Shown: positions 1-14,594 of the stretch, piece by piece | Layout: the number at the start of each line of letters is the position of its first letter | Numbering within the stretch: the first letter of the stretch is position 1 | Origin: Geosiphon pyriformis uo1 | Taxonomy: Eukaryota; Fungi; Glomeromycota | Direction: 5' to 3' | Assembly (NCBI GenBank): GCA_016748015.1 | Contig: JAAOMT010000590.1 | Coordinates: 186,001 to 250,000, forward strand | DNA length: 64,000 nucleotides | The notes under the pieces: model-generated | Seen by the model: only the letters and a program-made list of their open reading frames with translations | Database searches by the model: none | Told to the model about the DNA's origin: nothing | Made by a program: the position numbers and the translations under genes

Positions 1-2636
1 TAGCATTTACTATCATCAAACAGAACAATACTAAAGCAGTTACTACTTATTTAAGATATTTTTATAGAAATCTGCACCAAATTCAAGCCATCAATACTAA
101 TTATTTCACAGTATTACAAATTCTAAATCAGTTTATTTGCAGTCTATACAGTAGTATTCTTTAGTATATATGCTCATTATATCTACAAACACTTCAAAAT
201 GCAGTCACAAATGTTCAAGATTTTGAATTGCCTAAATTAAAAACCAAGCATGTCCAAGCCATTAATCTAGTGATGAACAGATTATCTGAATTAAATACTA
301 AATTAAAACAATTTGGTAAAGCCATTAATCAGATGCTAAAAAGATATTTAGTTAACAATCAGACAATTTATTAACTTTTATAATACTATGAGAATTAAGA
401 AAATTTAAATCAGTTTTAGAATTAGTCATATCTAATATTATTATCATCAACCAATTAACAATAGCAACAGAAGATATATAATTGCCACTATTGTAGTAAA
501 AAAAGACACCTAAAAATAAATTGTCACTTAAAACTAAATAACCAATGATTAGAAAATCAATATTAAAATTTCAATTGCAAATTTCAAACTTTGAACTACA
601 TTAGTAATTTATTATCTGAACAATACTATTATTAACCATATTACTTTCCACTGATGCAACTGATTAATTAGCCATTAATTTATCAAACCCCAATATCAGT
701 AATCTATTAACTGCCTTAGCTCCAAATAATGTATCAACTCTAACCAATTCAAATCCAATTACAAAACTTACTTCAAAATAGAAGTCAAAGGCCAAGAACC
801 ATTCAAATTTAACAGAATTGAAAATTGGTGATGGTAATACACCAACTAATTCCCAGTTTGTCAAACCAATTATCAGAAACACAACAACAAAATCTAAGAA
901 ATCACTATACCCAAAACCCGAATATTCAGAACTATTTAAGCCTTCTTGTTATTCAAAAAGATACTTAACTTAAATCACAAGAACCCAATAACAATTTACT
1001 TATCTCTTATAATATTCTACCAGTTTCATCACTGAAAACAAATTACTTGCTGTAATATTTCTCTTTAAATTCAAGAAACCAGTTAAAATGTTTCTATTTA
1101 ATAGAGTTATTTTTAAAGCTAAACTTATTATAGTTATATACATTAATGCCAAAGTAAATAGCCATCTGATCAAATTAATTTTGAACAACAGTTTAGCAAA
1201 TAGCATTATTACTAAACAACTCATGGACTAATTAAGTTGCCAAGTTGATAGAACTGTCAGCATTAAGATCATTACAGCTGATAGAATAATAAAGACTCCA
1301 ATTAGTAAAATTGATAATTTCTCTTTTGAAATCAATAATATTATTAGGCCAATCAAAATATTAGTAATAAAAGCCACACAATACCAAACTCTTACTGGTA
1401 ATAACTGGCTGTTTAAAACCAATACTGTGCTTAATTAGACCATCCAAAAACTGCAACTTAGTTAAAACAGTCAAAATACTAGAGTACTAGCCATATGCAA
1501 ATACTTTAAACCAAACAACACCACTCAAGTGCCACTAATTAAATTGAAAAAAGAAAAAAAAAACCTACTTAGAAAGCTTACCAAGTCTCTTAGGCTGACA
1601 ATGACTATAACAACTTATTATCAGTACTTACATGAGAAAAAAAAAGAAAAAAAAGAAAAAAAAAGAAAAAATGTTTCAAATAACCATTTTTACATATATT
1701 CTGTACACCACTATTAATAAAAGCCAGTCAACTTATTATTAATCTAAACTAATCTGTATTAATTATGATAAGAAATTGTTAACAATAAGTGCATGTTGTA
1801 GTGACAACAAGAAATAGTCTACAGCAACAAAATATTACTGTCACTCATGTATTCTAGAATGTTTTGGATGACCAAAAAAACAAAAAAAATAAAACAACAA
1901 ACCATGTTTTGCTTGTAAAAAAACTCTTCTAGATAAAAGAATGTGAAATAATATTTCTGGTCATAAAAAAATATGTAATAAATCATGTCAATACATAATT
2001 CTCATAAGTAAATGGGTAAAAAAAGGAATGCTAATAAATACTGTCTAAAGAAAAGCTGTAAAACATTTAGATAGTTGCCTATATAACAATGATAAAATCT
2101 AGTAAATAACAATTACCAAAATTAAAAACACATTTCCAAAAGAAATAAAAATACTTAAAAACAACCCATTAGAACCTGAAAAGATTATTTAGATTTCAAA
2201 CCCCAATATTATTTTTAACATTATGAATCTAGAACAATTCCACAAGCACTATCAAAAATTAACACTCACTAAAAAAAAGCAAAAGCAATAGTTAAAACAG
2301 TTCAATACCCAATTATGTGACTACTGTTTAATTTTATGTAATTTCTAGTATTGTAATGATTGTAACATTATTTACAATTTATTACCATGCATAATTTATT
2401 TGATTTCCAAAGAGAAAAAACTAATCAGTAAGTGTACAATAGAATCAAAATCGAAATTTAATCCCAATTCAGACTCTAATAATAATAACAACAACAATAG
2501 TTCCAACTTTTTTCAAAATGGCAACAATAACTATAATGATTCAAACTCTAATTATAACTCTAAACAATATATTGTGCTTCCAGATCTATTGATGAAACAA
2601 GAACTTATATAGTTTAGTAATAATGATAAAAATATT

Positions 2637-3025
2637 ATGCCAAAATATACATATAATACTGATGCAGAGTTTAATCTTAGATATTCAAAGAAAACTGCCA
2701 TCAAATTAGAACCACATTTACATACCAATATAGATCTGAAAATAACACTGGAAATTTTGACAACAACAATAGTTCAATTAGCATTTAGATTTAATATAGC
2801 AAAAAGAGGGATTAACATTAAAGAAAAAATAATTAATGCAGAATATGTAAAAAATATTATTACAATGCTATAAAATGATTCAGAAAAAGGATACACAATT
2901 GAACCAAATAAAAAGATAGCACAGACAATATTTTTACCTTTGATAAAAGTAGCTTATTTAATATCAATAAGAATAAAAAAAGAATTAGAGATAACTGCAA
3001 AAGAGATAAAAAGATTTAGATTCAT
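2637..3025 (+). pseudogene. dUTPase domain in Gypsy A pol (degenerate)
   Basis: TDAEFNLRY (DAGFDL), QLAFRFNIAKRGI (RSSLA), KIINAEYVKNI (GIIDAGY.G.I), KIAQ and a decayed RG..GFGS: the five trimeric dUTPase motifs with G>A damage. Confidence 0.88.
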
Positions 3026-4890
3026 GAATAAAATAAAAATATCAGTCAATATGGCAAAGGAAGAAACAATTAATAAGAAAAAAATTATTTTTACCAATTA
3101 ATCAGTTTTTATTCCCTTATATAACTAGTATATGTTAGTAATAAAGAGAAAAATGAAGGACCAGCCCCAGATTTTTGAACCAGAACTAACTATTTGTAAA
3201 CCAGAAAAAATTAAAATTACCAATCTTTACATACTGGCCAAGAACTATAAATACATCAAAATTTCTATTAACAACACAACTTGAAACATCATTAAAATAC
3301 CAAGTAAAACTATCATCAAATACTTAAGCACTGAAGTTGAAGACCAACTATTAAACACCATTCCAGATTTTTCATAACTGTGTGAATATGTGGATATTAC
3401 ATTACAAACAATATACAGATAAAAAGAATGTTACTTGCTCTAATCAGAACAATTAGAACAAATGAACTTAGAAAACTTAGACTCACTTCAATATATATAG
3501 CTCAAAATGTTGCTTAACAATTTCACTAATATTTTTGCCAGTAAAAATAAATTTGGCAAAACTAATATCATCCAATACCAAATTAAGATAAAAGATGCAA
3601 TGTCAATAAAACAACAAACATACAGAATACTACCAACAAGTCATAAGATCATCTGACAAGAAATCAACAAAATATTGGACAATAAGTTAATTCAACTATC
3701 CATAAGTCTATGGTTATTACTAGTGGTACTAGTCTGGAAGAAAAATAAAAAAATTTGTTTTTGTGTAGATTATAGAAAGCTTAACAGTATTATTTATGAA
3801 AACAACTATCTAATTCTATGAATTCAAAAATTATTTGATGTATTTAGAGAAAAAAATTGGTTTTTAACATTAGATTTAGACAGTAGTTATTAACAAGTAG
3901 CCATAAAATCAGAGGATAAAAAAAAAATAGCATTCACAATTAGAGAAAAAAACTTCAAATTCAATATTATGCCATTCAGCTTAACTAATGTTCCAGCTAC
4001 TTTCCAATGGTTTATAAAAATTGTCTATACTAAATTACTATAAAAATTAGTAGTAGTTTATTTGGATAACACTAATGTGTTCTTAAAAACATTTAATGAT
4101 TATCTCTATTATCTTCAACAAATATTTGAGAGATTAAAAAGAGCCAAATTGAAACTGAATACAAACAAGTGCTTTTTTGGCAAAACAGAACTGAAATTCT
4201 TGGAATATATTGTAAGCAAAAATGATATTAAAATGTATTCAAATAAGATTAAAATAGTCAAGAACTTTTTAATACCAACAAATTTCACAGAATTAAGAGC
4301 ATTTTTGAGATTTGTTGAATATTATTGCTGCTTTATCCAGAATTTTCTAAACTGGCTCAACCACTTTACTAGCTTCAAGCAAAGAATGTGAAATATGAAT
4401 GAACTAAAACCCAACAAAAAGCTTTCAATATTTTGAGAAGAAAGCTTATTCAAGCACTAGTATTAATATATTCAGATTATAGCAAGCTATTTATCATTAC
4501 TATTAACACATCTGATCAAGCATTGGGAGCAGTATTGTCACAAAAAAAAACAGATAAATAAGAACATCCAGTGACATATGCTAACAGAAGTTTGAGTTCA
4601 ACCAAAAAAAACTATAGAATTTTAGCACTAGAACACTTAGCTATTTATTGAGCTGTCATTAAATGAAAAAAATATTTGAGTTAAAAGTTTGACATATATA
4701 CAGATTACAAAAGATTAACATTAATCCAAAAACAAAAATTTGGAGATGACTATTATACAAGATGAAAAATATAACTATTATTATTCAATTATATAGTACA
4801 TTATAAAAAGGGAAAAAAAATAGAAATGCTAATGATTTGTTATGAATAAAACAAATTTAAGAATATTTCAACCCAAAAATATAACAAAAA

Positions 4891-6240
4891 ATAAACACAC
4901 AAAAATATTAACAACTCCAATATTATATTAATATTCAATAGTTTAAGAAAAAATTATCTTAAAAAAAACAAAACAACATAAAACAACAAGCAAAATATTT
5001 TATTACTTACCAAAATATATTATACCAAAAAAACAGAAAATACCCAGATCAGACACTTAAAGTAATTACAGAACCAAAAAAAAAACAATACTATTCAACA
5101 TATACTCAGATTTAACAACAAGACATTTTTATAAAGAAAAAACCATAGAAAGAACCAAGAAAAAATATTATTGGCCATTTATATATAATATATTCAAAAT
5201 TGTAATGTTTGTTAAAAAATAAAAAGAACAAAACCCAGTGAATCATTAAAACTAATTAAAATAAGACAATTATTCAATTAAATTGAAATTAACTTAGTTA
5301 AATTATTGATAATAATCAGTAGAGGCAATTATTATATAGCAGTAGCTATGAACTATCTTACAAAATAGCCAGAAGCAAAAGCAATCCAAAAAGCAGATGC
5401 AGAATCTATAACTGAATTCATGTACTAAGATTTGATTTATCAACATAAATGTCCAAAAGAATTATTATTAGATCAAAGAATTCACTTTGTGAACAGAACA
5501 CTAACAAAATTGAATCAAAGATTTGGAATTAAAAGATCATAATCATCATTATATTATCTACATACAAATGGCTTAGTCAAAAAATTTAACAGAATATTGT
5601 GTGAAGCAATAGCCAAGATCAGCCAAAAAAACCAAGACAAATAGGATTTGTTTATACCATCAATACAATTGCTTATTAAATAATAAAGCAAGATACTACA
5701 CAAACAATACCATTTAAATTTGTTTATAATAGAACAGCAATATTACCAATTGAGATAAATATCAACACATATCTAACTGAATCAATAATAGAAGACAACT
5801 TCTAAAAAACATTGTTAAAAAGAACATACAAACTAATAAAAACTTTGGAAAACAAAAGACAAAAGGCAGCTGATAATATTTAAAAGTCACAAAAAAAAAA
5901 AAAAAAATAACATAATAACTAATTATCAGATAAATTAGTTAAATTCAAAATTAAAGACAAAATACTCTTATATTGTATTAAAATAGAAAAACAATAGAGT
6001 AAAAAATTTGATTCCAAATAGAACAGACTATTTTATATTGAAAAAATTCTAGAAAATAAAGCTTATAAACTAAGATAGAACAACAAAATCTTAGCTAAAG
6101 CAGCACATAAAAACCAACTGAAATCATATTACAATATAGTATCATCATTTACCAATAATATTCTATAACTGGAAGTACAATAAATATTAGTCCAATCAGA
6201 TAAGATTTCATGAAATCTAGAATCAATCATAATTATTAAT
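4891..6240 (+). pseudogene. Gypsy A integrase (HHCC, DDE core, GPF/Y-type tail; no chromodomain seen)
   Basis: Decayed YYWP..C..C, YLTK.PEAKAI, CPKELL.DQ, HTNGLV.KFNR; colinear with the Gypsy B integrase. Confidence 0.85.
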
Positions 6241-6291
6241 ACAAACATGTTAAATTGATCTATAAAAATAGTATATAAAAACACAGTAAAC

Positions 6292-6944
6292 ATGACAACA
6301 GCAACAAGAAAAAATAAAAATTTCAGACCATATTTACTCAATGGCTTAACAACTATTCTAAGCCATAAATCAACAATAATTAGACATAGAAATTGTCATT
6401 AACCACCAAAAAATTTGCTATTGAAACACAAAAAGAAAAAAAAATCTCATATTAGTAACCACAGAACCAAATAAAGTATTGGTTAAATAAAATCATAGAA
6501 AAAGTAAAGAACACTTTTAGAAAAATACCAAAAATAAGTTCAACAAAAGAACTAACCAAAAAAAACTAGGAGCTATATATAAAACAACTTTCAATAGTAT
6601 ACTGTTATTATCAGCTAAAACAAAAGCTAAATATTCAGAAATTGTACATCAATAAATCCAAAAAAATATTTAATCAAGAAATAGTACAACAGATTGAAGA
6701 GTTTATTGAAAAAAAAACAAATTCAAGAATATATATTAAAACAATTTACCAACTATATACTGTATTTCAAAACTATTTAGAAATATTACTACACTAAAAA
6801 ATAGAAACAATAATTGTTAACCAGTAGAAATAAATAAACAACTCTTAATGCAAAAAAATAAGGAACAGAATTGAATAAACAATATTAGAAAGAAAAGTAA
6901 TAGACTTAATTCAAAGTGAAGATTTTGACAGAGCTCAATATTAA
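6292..6944 (+). pseudogene. Gypsy A extra 3' ORF (ORF3), unknown function
   Basis: Reads YCYYQLKQKLNIQKLY...EEFIEKKTN...KTIYQLYTVFQNY...DFDRAQY*, homologous to ORF 16951-17391. Start position approximate. Confidence 0.75.
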
Positions 6945-6958
6945 AAAGAAAGAGATAA

Positions 6959-7885
6959 TATTATTCATAGAAAAATACAAAGAAAGAAAACTGGAAAAAC
7001 AAAAAAAAAATAGATTAATAAAAGAATAGTATTTAACATGTGAACACAATATCAAAAAGCTATAACATATTGTTAGCAAATTATGGCATACTATTCAGTA
7101 ATATAAGCAATATTAATAAATTAAAGCACAATTTTCAGCAATATGAGCAATGTTAGTAAATTAAAACATATTGTTCAAGAAAATGTAAGATCTTATAGAA
7201 CAAGAAATATGTATATATAGTAAGAGTATTAAAAACAGAAAAGACAGAATTTATCTTAGAATTAATATCCATAATTAATTAATTATCCCATATCTTTCTT
7301 TTTAAAAAGATAGTTTTCTATAACTTAAAGTAGAATTTAATTACATATTAATAAAAATATCAATTATTACCTAAATTAATATTATTGTTATTTAATTAAG
7401 GAATATTAATTATTTCTATTCTATTAATACTTTATGTTAATAGAATCCAACATGTAACTACATTAGATCAATAGCTCTTAATTATGATTATTGACAGAAT
7501 ACTAATTTTTTATTTTTTTTTGTTGTTTTGTTGATTTACTAACTGATTAAAAAAATTAAGTGACATCAAAAATAGTCTGATAAAAGACTCAGAAATAAGA
7601 GTAGAGAACTTAAAAATTGAAAATAACTTATTAAAAGGGCACAATTGTGAGAATAAATTAGCTACTATGCTAAAAAAAAAATTTGACAGAATAATCATTT
7701 CAAAAAGTTACTGAAACAACTATTGAATCTCTGTTTATTATACAAAAAACTCAGCCAAAACCTTTAAATCAACCAAAATCTTTAAAGCACAAAAACCATC
7801 AGATATTACCAATATTACCAAGCTATTAAGCACTAAGTTACAGATTTGTTATTTTTTTTCACATCTTAAATAAGCACCTGTAACA
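6959..7885 (+). repeat. 3' LTR of Gypsy A
   Basis: Follows the PPT, ends TGTAACA, homologous to LTRs at 45719-46583 and 61141-62057. Confidence 0.88.
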
Positions 7886-8250
7886 TTAGACTGAAATTTG
7901 AATAATTAGAGCTAAGTATAAGATGATTATAGAAAAACATAATTTAATTGTACTTAATAGTTTGGTGTTTTCTGAGGTCCATGATCTGTTATCTCTGCTT
8001 TTTGATGATGTTATTAAGTTACTTAGAATTGCTAAGATACATGATATTAGCTTTGGCTTTTATAAATTTTGCTGTTTTTTTTCTGGTATTAATAACATAG
8101 TGTTTGTTAAGATAGATTAATAGTATTGCTCTAATTAGTTTGAGTGACTGGTCACATGTAAAAAATACATGATTTGCATTTAATTTAAATTAGTTTAATG
8201 TATTATATTAGATAGTATTTAGGCCTTACTCATTAAGCATAATAAAAAAT
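7886..8250 (+). mobile_element. 3' end of a LINE (ORF2 C-terminus, 3' UTR, A-rich tail) into which Gypsy A inserted
   Basis: 8120-8250 matches the LINE 3' UTR at 52668-52797. Confidence 0.75.
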
Positions 8251-11200
8251 AATAATATTAATATAAAATAATATACAATAATATAAAATTATACAAAATA
8301 ACTAATAATAGTATAGAATAATTAATTATAATATAAAAAAAAAGTAATAGTTAATAATAACAAACAATTAAAAACAATTTTATAAAACTAGAAAATATGT
8401 ATAAAAATAAATAGTTTTAATAGATAAAAAAAGACAGACAGAAATTAAATTTATTTAATATTTTATCTTTAACTTCAAAATTTTTTTATCTTATTTTTTT
8501 TTTTTTATTGCTTAACGAGTGCAGCCCAAAAGCCATCTAATACAATACATCAAACTAAGTGATCTAAACTAGGTGCTAATTATGCATTTTTTATATATAA
8601 CTAGTTATTTAAACCAATCAAAAACACATTATATTAAAGTCTTAAAAGAAAACTTACTCAGAAAAGACATCCTTTGAATAATTTCAAACAATATAGCACT
8701 ATTATGAACTAATCTAACCAGTTACTCAGCTGTTTTAAAGGCATCAGTCTTTACAACAGCAGATTTATGTTCTCAAAGCAACATCAAATTAAAAAACACT
8801 TTATTATCCAAATCAACTAGGTGCTCTGAATTACCAGACATATTAACATCCTCTATGCAACACTTTTTTTTTAAAAAACCACTTTTTTTCCCAATTTATT
8901 AACAATTTTACTAAAGAAACTCATATGTACCAAAACTTTATTGACTTTAAGACTAAGGTTACTGCTTAAGACCAAATCCCTATTAATAAACTGTTCAAAC
9001 AATTTGATCATAGAACCAATTGGTTTAACAATAGACTCAACCAAAACAGAAAGCTTGACCAAATCAGACTCCAAAAAAGCCAACCAAAAAAACACCAAAG
9101 GATTGTCAACAACCATAGAAAAAGAAATAAAAGCTGCCAAGGAAGAAAACTCAGAAAAATTCAGAAAAACAGAAGCTTTTGCATAAAAAACACCACTCAT
9201 AAAACATGATTTAAACATCTTGAGAGCCTTAGAAGAAGAAAGTGGAGATACTCTACAGTCTACAGCCAAATAATCTACTTTTTGATACTTAAAACAGTGC
9301 TAATAACCAGAAGTTTTCTACCGAATATGGTATTTTCTTAAAGTACTAGTCTTGACAATCACAAAATTTAAATTAAACTGAAAACCAAATATAACCAAAG
9401 CAAACTGAAAATAATGACCAGACTTAGGAAAATAAAAAATAAAACATGTCCAATTACCAATTTAAGAAATCATATTACTAATTTCAAAGACAGTACAGTT
9501 AAAAGAAAGGTTAATCAACTTGGTCTTGAACTTATTATAAGACAGAATAGTCTCATTTTAATTTACCAAGAAAAGAATTCTAACACTATTCTTGTCCACT
9601 AAAACTAATCAATGATTTAAAACAAACACAGCAGAGTTCAATTTCTCAAAATAAACAACTACATATTGCCAAATGCCAACAGATTTCAGCACAACATAAG
9701 TGACATTACCAAACACACCAAAAGCTGTCTTAATGTTAGTAGCAGACACACCTAAAGACACATTACACAATGCAACAACAGCAGAAAAAGAACTAGATTC
9801 AGAAACTATCAGAGATTTAACAATTTTGAAAGTGGTAAAGTAAAACAGAGTTTGTAAGCTCAACCAAAAATACAGCATCTAGAAAACTTTGAGAAGCAAA
9901 CTCTATACAAAAAAGCTTCACACTGTTCCTAAAAACAGATTTTGCATCCAAGAAACCATGTACAGACTGAAAAATAGTCTTAACATGAGCCAATTTTATC
10001 TTAAAAGTAGCATTAAGCACCAGAAAGAAGGCCATTCACCCAGCAAATCTTTGATAACTAGCAATAATTTCTCAAACACCACCAGCAGCAACACCAGAAA
10101 CCAGAAAAAAAGATAAATCAGTTTCTATTTGGTTAGTTCAGTTTTCAAAAACAGATAATACCACAAAAAATAATTGTTTTGCTTCTAAAACTGGCAAAAA
10201 TTTGCTAAAAAACATCACATTTGACAACACAGCCAGTAGTTAATCTTGATCTATTTTGAATGATATGCTGGATAATACAACAGAAACCTTATCTGAGATT
10301 TTACTTGGAACCACAAAGGGGTTTGATGTAATAATAGCAGAGGCAAATGACTGCTCCTACTTTTCTAAACTTTTGGTCTTTTTAATTATTTTTTTTGAAA
10401 AAAAAATGCTAGCAGCACCAGATATTAAAGCTATAGAGGAGAATATCGGCTTGTTAACTGGTTTATTATTAAACACTTATGGGCTCTTAATAGAAGTAGA
10501 GACAATACTGAGACTAACCCAAGTATGTCTCTTTGAGAGAACTTTAACTAGTGAAAAACCAGCCAAAAATAAAGAAGTTGTTTTAATAACTATTAAAGAT
10601 AGCTTTTCACAATTATTAGGTAAAAAGAAAACTTCTAAAACATTCTGTCTGGTTGCTTTTACAACAGAGAAAGCTTCTCTGGTTGAAATTTTATTAGATA
10701 TTTCAGGAAAAATATTAAGTACAGCTTTTTTACTTTTTGCTTTGGTCGTGATCATAAAATTAAGGAGACAAAGAGTTTTCTTTATTTTTTTATACTTTTT
10801 ATTAATCAAATAAAAATTTTATTATTCAATTCATAAATATATAATTTTAATATTCTGATTGTTAAAATCTAATTAATTGGTTTTTTTATTTTTGTTTTAG
10901 ACCAAATATTATTAACATAAACATTTTTAAAACTTTAATAACTGTTTTTAATCATAATGATTAAAGAAATACTAATTTTTTTTTTTTTTTTTTTTTGTAA
11001 AGTAATAAAATTAAAAATTGACTGTTTTAAAATTAGGCTTTGTAATAGTTTAGTAAAAAAAAACTCTTCTTAAGTATTAAATCTTAATAATTGTAATCAA
11101 CTAGCTTAAAAAACAACACAAATATAATAATATTATTACAAAAACAATATTTTTGTGTCTTATAACCAAAAAACTTAACAAATAAAACTTTAAATAAAAA

Positions 11201-11326
11201 AATCTTTAGATATTAATAGATTAATTTGTAATCAAAACCAATTTATTTAGAAAGCCATCCAGTTTTTATTATTAAATTATAAGTACCAAATATTATGATT
11301 ATACTTACTAAGTTTATTTATAATAT
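8251..11326 (+). repeat. Old LTR split in two (8251-8490 and ~10790-11326) by the ORF1-only element
   Basis: The two halves are colinear with the uninterrupted LTR at ~57204-58141. Confidence 0.7.
8491..10779 (-). mobile_element. ORF1-only (HAL1-like) non-autonomous non-LTR retroelement, copy 1
   Basis: Short 5' UTR, one decayed ORF (ATG 10755, stop 8629-8631, ~708 codons) with RRM-like segments, a CCHC knuckle (~9270-9300) and a coiled coil, then directly the LINE-type 3' UTR and poly(A). No EN or RT. Confidence 0.82.
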
Positions 11327-11503
11327 TATATATAATTATTACATAAGTTATATTTATTTAAAATATGAATTATTATATTATATATATAAAAAATATGAAT
11401 TATTTTTATTTTAAAATATTTTATTATTATATTATAATAAATAATAATGAGATTATATATATTAAATAAATAAAATTTAATTTTTATATAAATTTATTAA
11501 TAT

Positions 11504-14500
11504 TTTTTTTATGTATTTAATGAATATAACTTAACTACTATTTAAAAATTAGAAACAAATTAATTATTTTAGAATTAAATTCAGTTTATATACTTTTTAT
11601 ATATAACTAGCTACTTAAATCAATTTAGACTATATTATATTAATACTCCAAAAAAAAATTATTTAAAGAAAATATTCTTTAAACAATCTTAAACAATATA
11701 GTACTATTACTAACTAATTTAACCAATCATTTGGTTGTTGTTATAAAATGATTTTTTTAATTATTTTAATTGTCAATATTTCGTTTTAATTGTAATTAGT
11801 CTTTTGTAAGTTTTTCAATTCTATTTGTATAATAATATTAATATTTATACTGAAGATTTTTTTTTAATGTCACAATATAAGTTATTTCTTAATTCTAATT
11901 GTTATATGTATTTATGTACTTCTTTTAAAGACTGAACTGAAATCTATTCACTGTTTGGAGTTTTTTCTAAGACTATCTTTGCAATTATTTAATGTGTTTT
12001 TTTAATCTAAAAACATAAAATATTAATAGTCTTTAGTATTTTTCTTAATTCTTATAATAAAGTTTTTATAAATTAATAATAATATAAATAATTTTGATCA
12101 AAAATTATTCTTTCAAAAAATTTAGTTGATAAATAATAGTTTCATTTAATAAATAATATAAGTAAGTTTCTTAATACTTTAAATTATAATAATTTAGTTT
12201 TCAATATTCTTTTTTATTTTTTTTTGATTGAAAATTTTTGTGAATATTTATTTTAAAAGTAAAGACTAAAAGATAATTAAAGTAAAACTTTTAGATAAAT
12301 TGTTTGATAACTTGTTTTTATAATTTGTTTTATAATTTGTTGTTTTTCTTAATATTAAAGCTATTATATATATATATGTTTGTAATTCTATAAGAAAACA
12401 TATTGTAATACTTTTTTTTAATATCTTAATCTGGTATTTACTGTTATTATTAATTGGTATTGGCCATTATTGTAAGCTGGTACTTGCTACTATGTTAATC
12501 ATTATATTTCTAAGATTATTACTACGCTATATTATAATTAGATAATTTATATTATTTTATAATTTTTTTGCTAAATTCTTGAATTATAATATTGTTTTTA
12601 AAACATTATTTTTGACATTAATAGATTTATGTTTTCATGATAATATTAAGTTAAAAAACATATTATTATTAATTGTAAACAAACTCACATAAAAACCAGA
12701 TATATTAATATTTTTATAGCTACACTCAGTTTTCAAAACAATTATTTTTCACTTTAACTTACTAACTACTTTGCTAAAAATATCTATATGTACCAAAATT
12801 TTATTGATTTTAAGATTAAATACACTATTTAAAACCAAATTACTATTAATAAATTGTTCAAACACAATAACCAAAGAACCAACCAGCTTAAAAATAAATT
12901 TAATCAGAGCAAAAAGCTTGACCAAATCAGATTTTAAAGAGATTAACTAAGAAAAAACCACAAAAATATTAGCTATTATATTAATAAAAGAAACAAAATC
13001 AATTAAAAAACTAAAAAGTAAAAAAAACACAGAATTAGCAATCTTGACATAAGACTTAATACCAATAAAATAAAACACAAAAGCCTTAAAAATCTTAAGA
13101 AAAAAAAGTAAAAACATTTTATAATTAGCCGTCAAATAATTTAAACCTTGATACTTAAAACAGTATTAGTATTCAGAAATTTTTTATTAGATATAATACT
13201 TCTTCAAAATATTAGTTGAAATAATAATAATATTTAAATTATTTTATAAACTAAACATAATCAAAATTGGATAAGTAAAAAATAAAACAAGTCTAATTAC
13301 CAATTTAAAAAATCATATTACTAATTTTATAAACAGTACAGCCAAAAAAAAATTGACTAACTTGGTTTTAAACTTATTACAAAACAATATAGTCTTATTT
13401 TGATTTACTAAAGAAAAGATCTTAATATTATTTTTATTTAATAAAACTAACTAATGATTTAAAACAAAAATAGTAGTATCTAAATTTTTAATATAAATAA
13501 CCATATATTGCCAAATACCAGTGGGTTCTAACACAATACAAATAACTTTTCTAAACACATTAAATGGTATTTTAATATTAGCAACAGATATATTCAAAGA
13601 CATATCACATAATACAATAGCAGCAAAAAAAAACCAGACTCAGAAACCACCAAAAATTTGATAATTTTAAGAATAATCAAACAAATAAAGCTCTTAAGCT
13701 TAATTAGAAACAAACTCTATACAGAAAAGTTTTATATTGTTTTTTACAAATAATTTTACATTCAAAAAACCATATATAGATTAAAAAACAGCTTTAATAT
13801 AAGCCAATTTAATTTTGAAAGTAGCATTAAACACTAAAGTAAAGGCCATTAATCCAACAAACTTTTAATAATCAGTAATAGTTTTTTAAGCAATATCAGT
13901 AACAGCATTAAAAACCAAAAATAATAATAATAAATCAGTTTCTATTTGGTTAGTTCAGTTTTTAAGAACAAATAACTCAACAAAAAACTATTGTTTTACT
14001 TTTAAAACTGGTAAAAATCTGTCAAAAAACACCATATTTGACAACACAGTCAGTAGTTGATCTTGATTTATTTTAAATAACATATTAGATAATACAATAA
14101 AAATTTTATCTAAGATCTTATTTATAATTACAAAGAGATTTAGTGTAATAATAACAAAAGCAAGCAATTACTTCTCACTTTTAAAATTTTTGATTTTTCT
14201 GACTATTTTTAAACAAATAGTGCTAGTAGCATTAAGTATAACAATAATAGTTGGAAAAACCAACTTATTAATTGGCCTATTATTAAAAATTTTTGGTTTT
14301 TAATAAGAATAAAGACAATATTGAAACTGATTTAAGTGTGTCTCTTTAAAAAAATCTTAACTAGTGAAAAACCAGTTAAAAATAAGAAAAATGTTTTAGC
14401 AATTACCAAAACAGCTTTTTATTATTACTACTTAGAAAAAAAGTTTCTAAGATATTTTGTCTAGCAGTTTTTACAACAAAGAGAACTTTTCTGGTTAAAA

Positions 14501-14594
14501 CTTTATTATTTATTTTAAAAAAAGTATTAGATACAGTTTTTTTGCTCTTTGCTCTAAATATGATCATAAAATTAAAAAAACAAAAAGTTTTTAC
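11504..14594 (-). mobile_element. ORF1-only (HAL1-like) element, copy 2, more decayed and interrupted by a solo LTR
   Basis: Colinear with copy 1 from the same 5' end to the 3' UTR and tail. Candidate TSD TTATTAATAT at 11494-11503 and 14595-14604. Confidence 0.8.
11739..12591 (-). repeat. Solo LTR of the Gypsy B family
   Basis: Homologous to 16065-16937. TTGT TSD at 11735-11738 and 12592-12595. Flanks rejoin to match ~8715-8770. Confidence 0.9.

Larger units (their letters stand above)
1..7885 (+). mobile_element. Decayed Ty3/Gypsy LTR retrotransposon A (5' part outside window): gag-PR-Cys-rich-dUTPase-RT-RNaseH, integrase, ORF3, PPT, 3' LTR
   Basis: Stop-riddled frames give a gag CCHC (~480-530), protease (~1170-1440), RT (FCVDYRKLN ~3760; VYLDN for YLDD ~4060), RNase H ending at stop 4858-4860, integrase, purine tract ~6943-6958 and an LTR ending TGTAACA at 7885. 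Confidence 0.93.

Noticed and set aside
2400-2612. Asn-rich prion-like protein
   Set aside because: An acidic (Asp-rich) pol linker converted to Asn by G>A decay.
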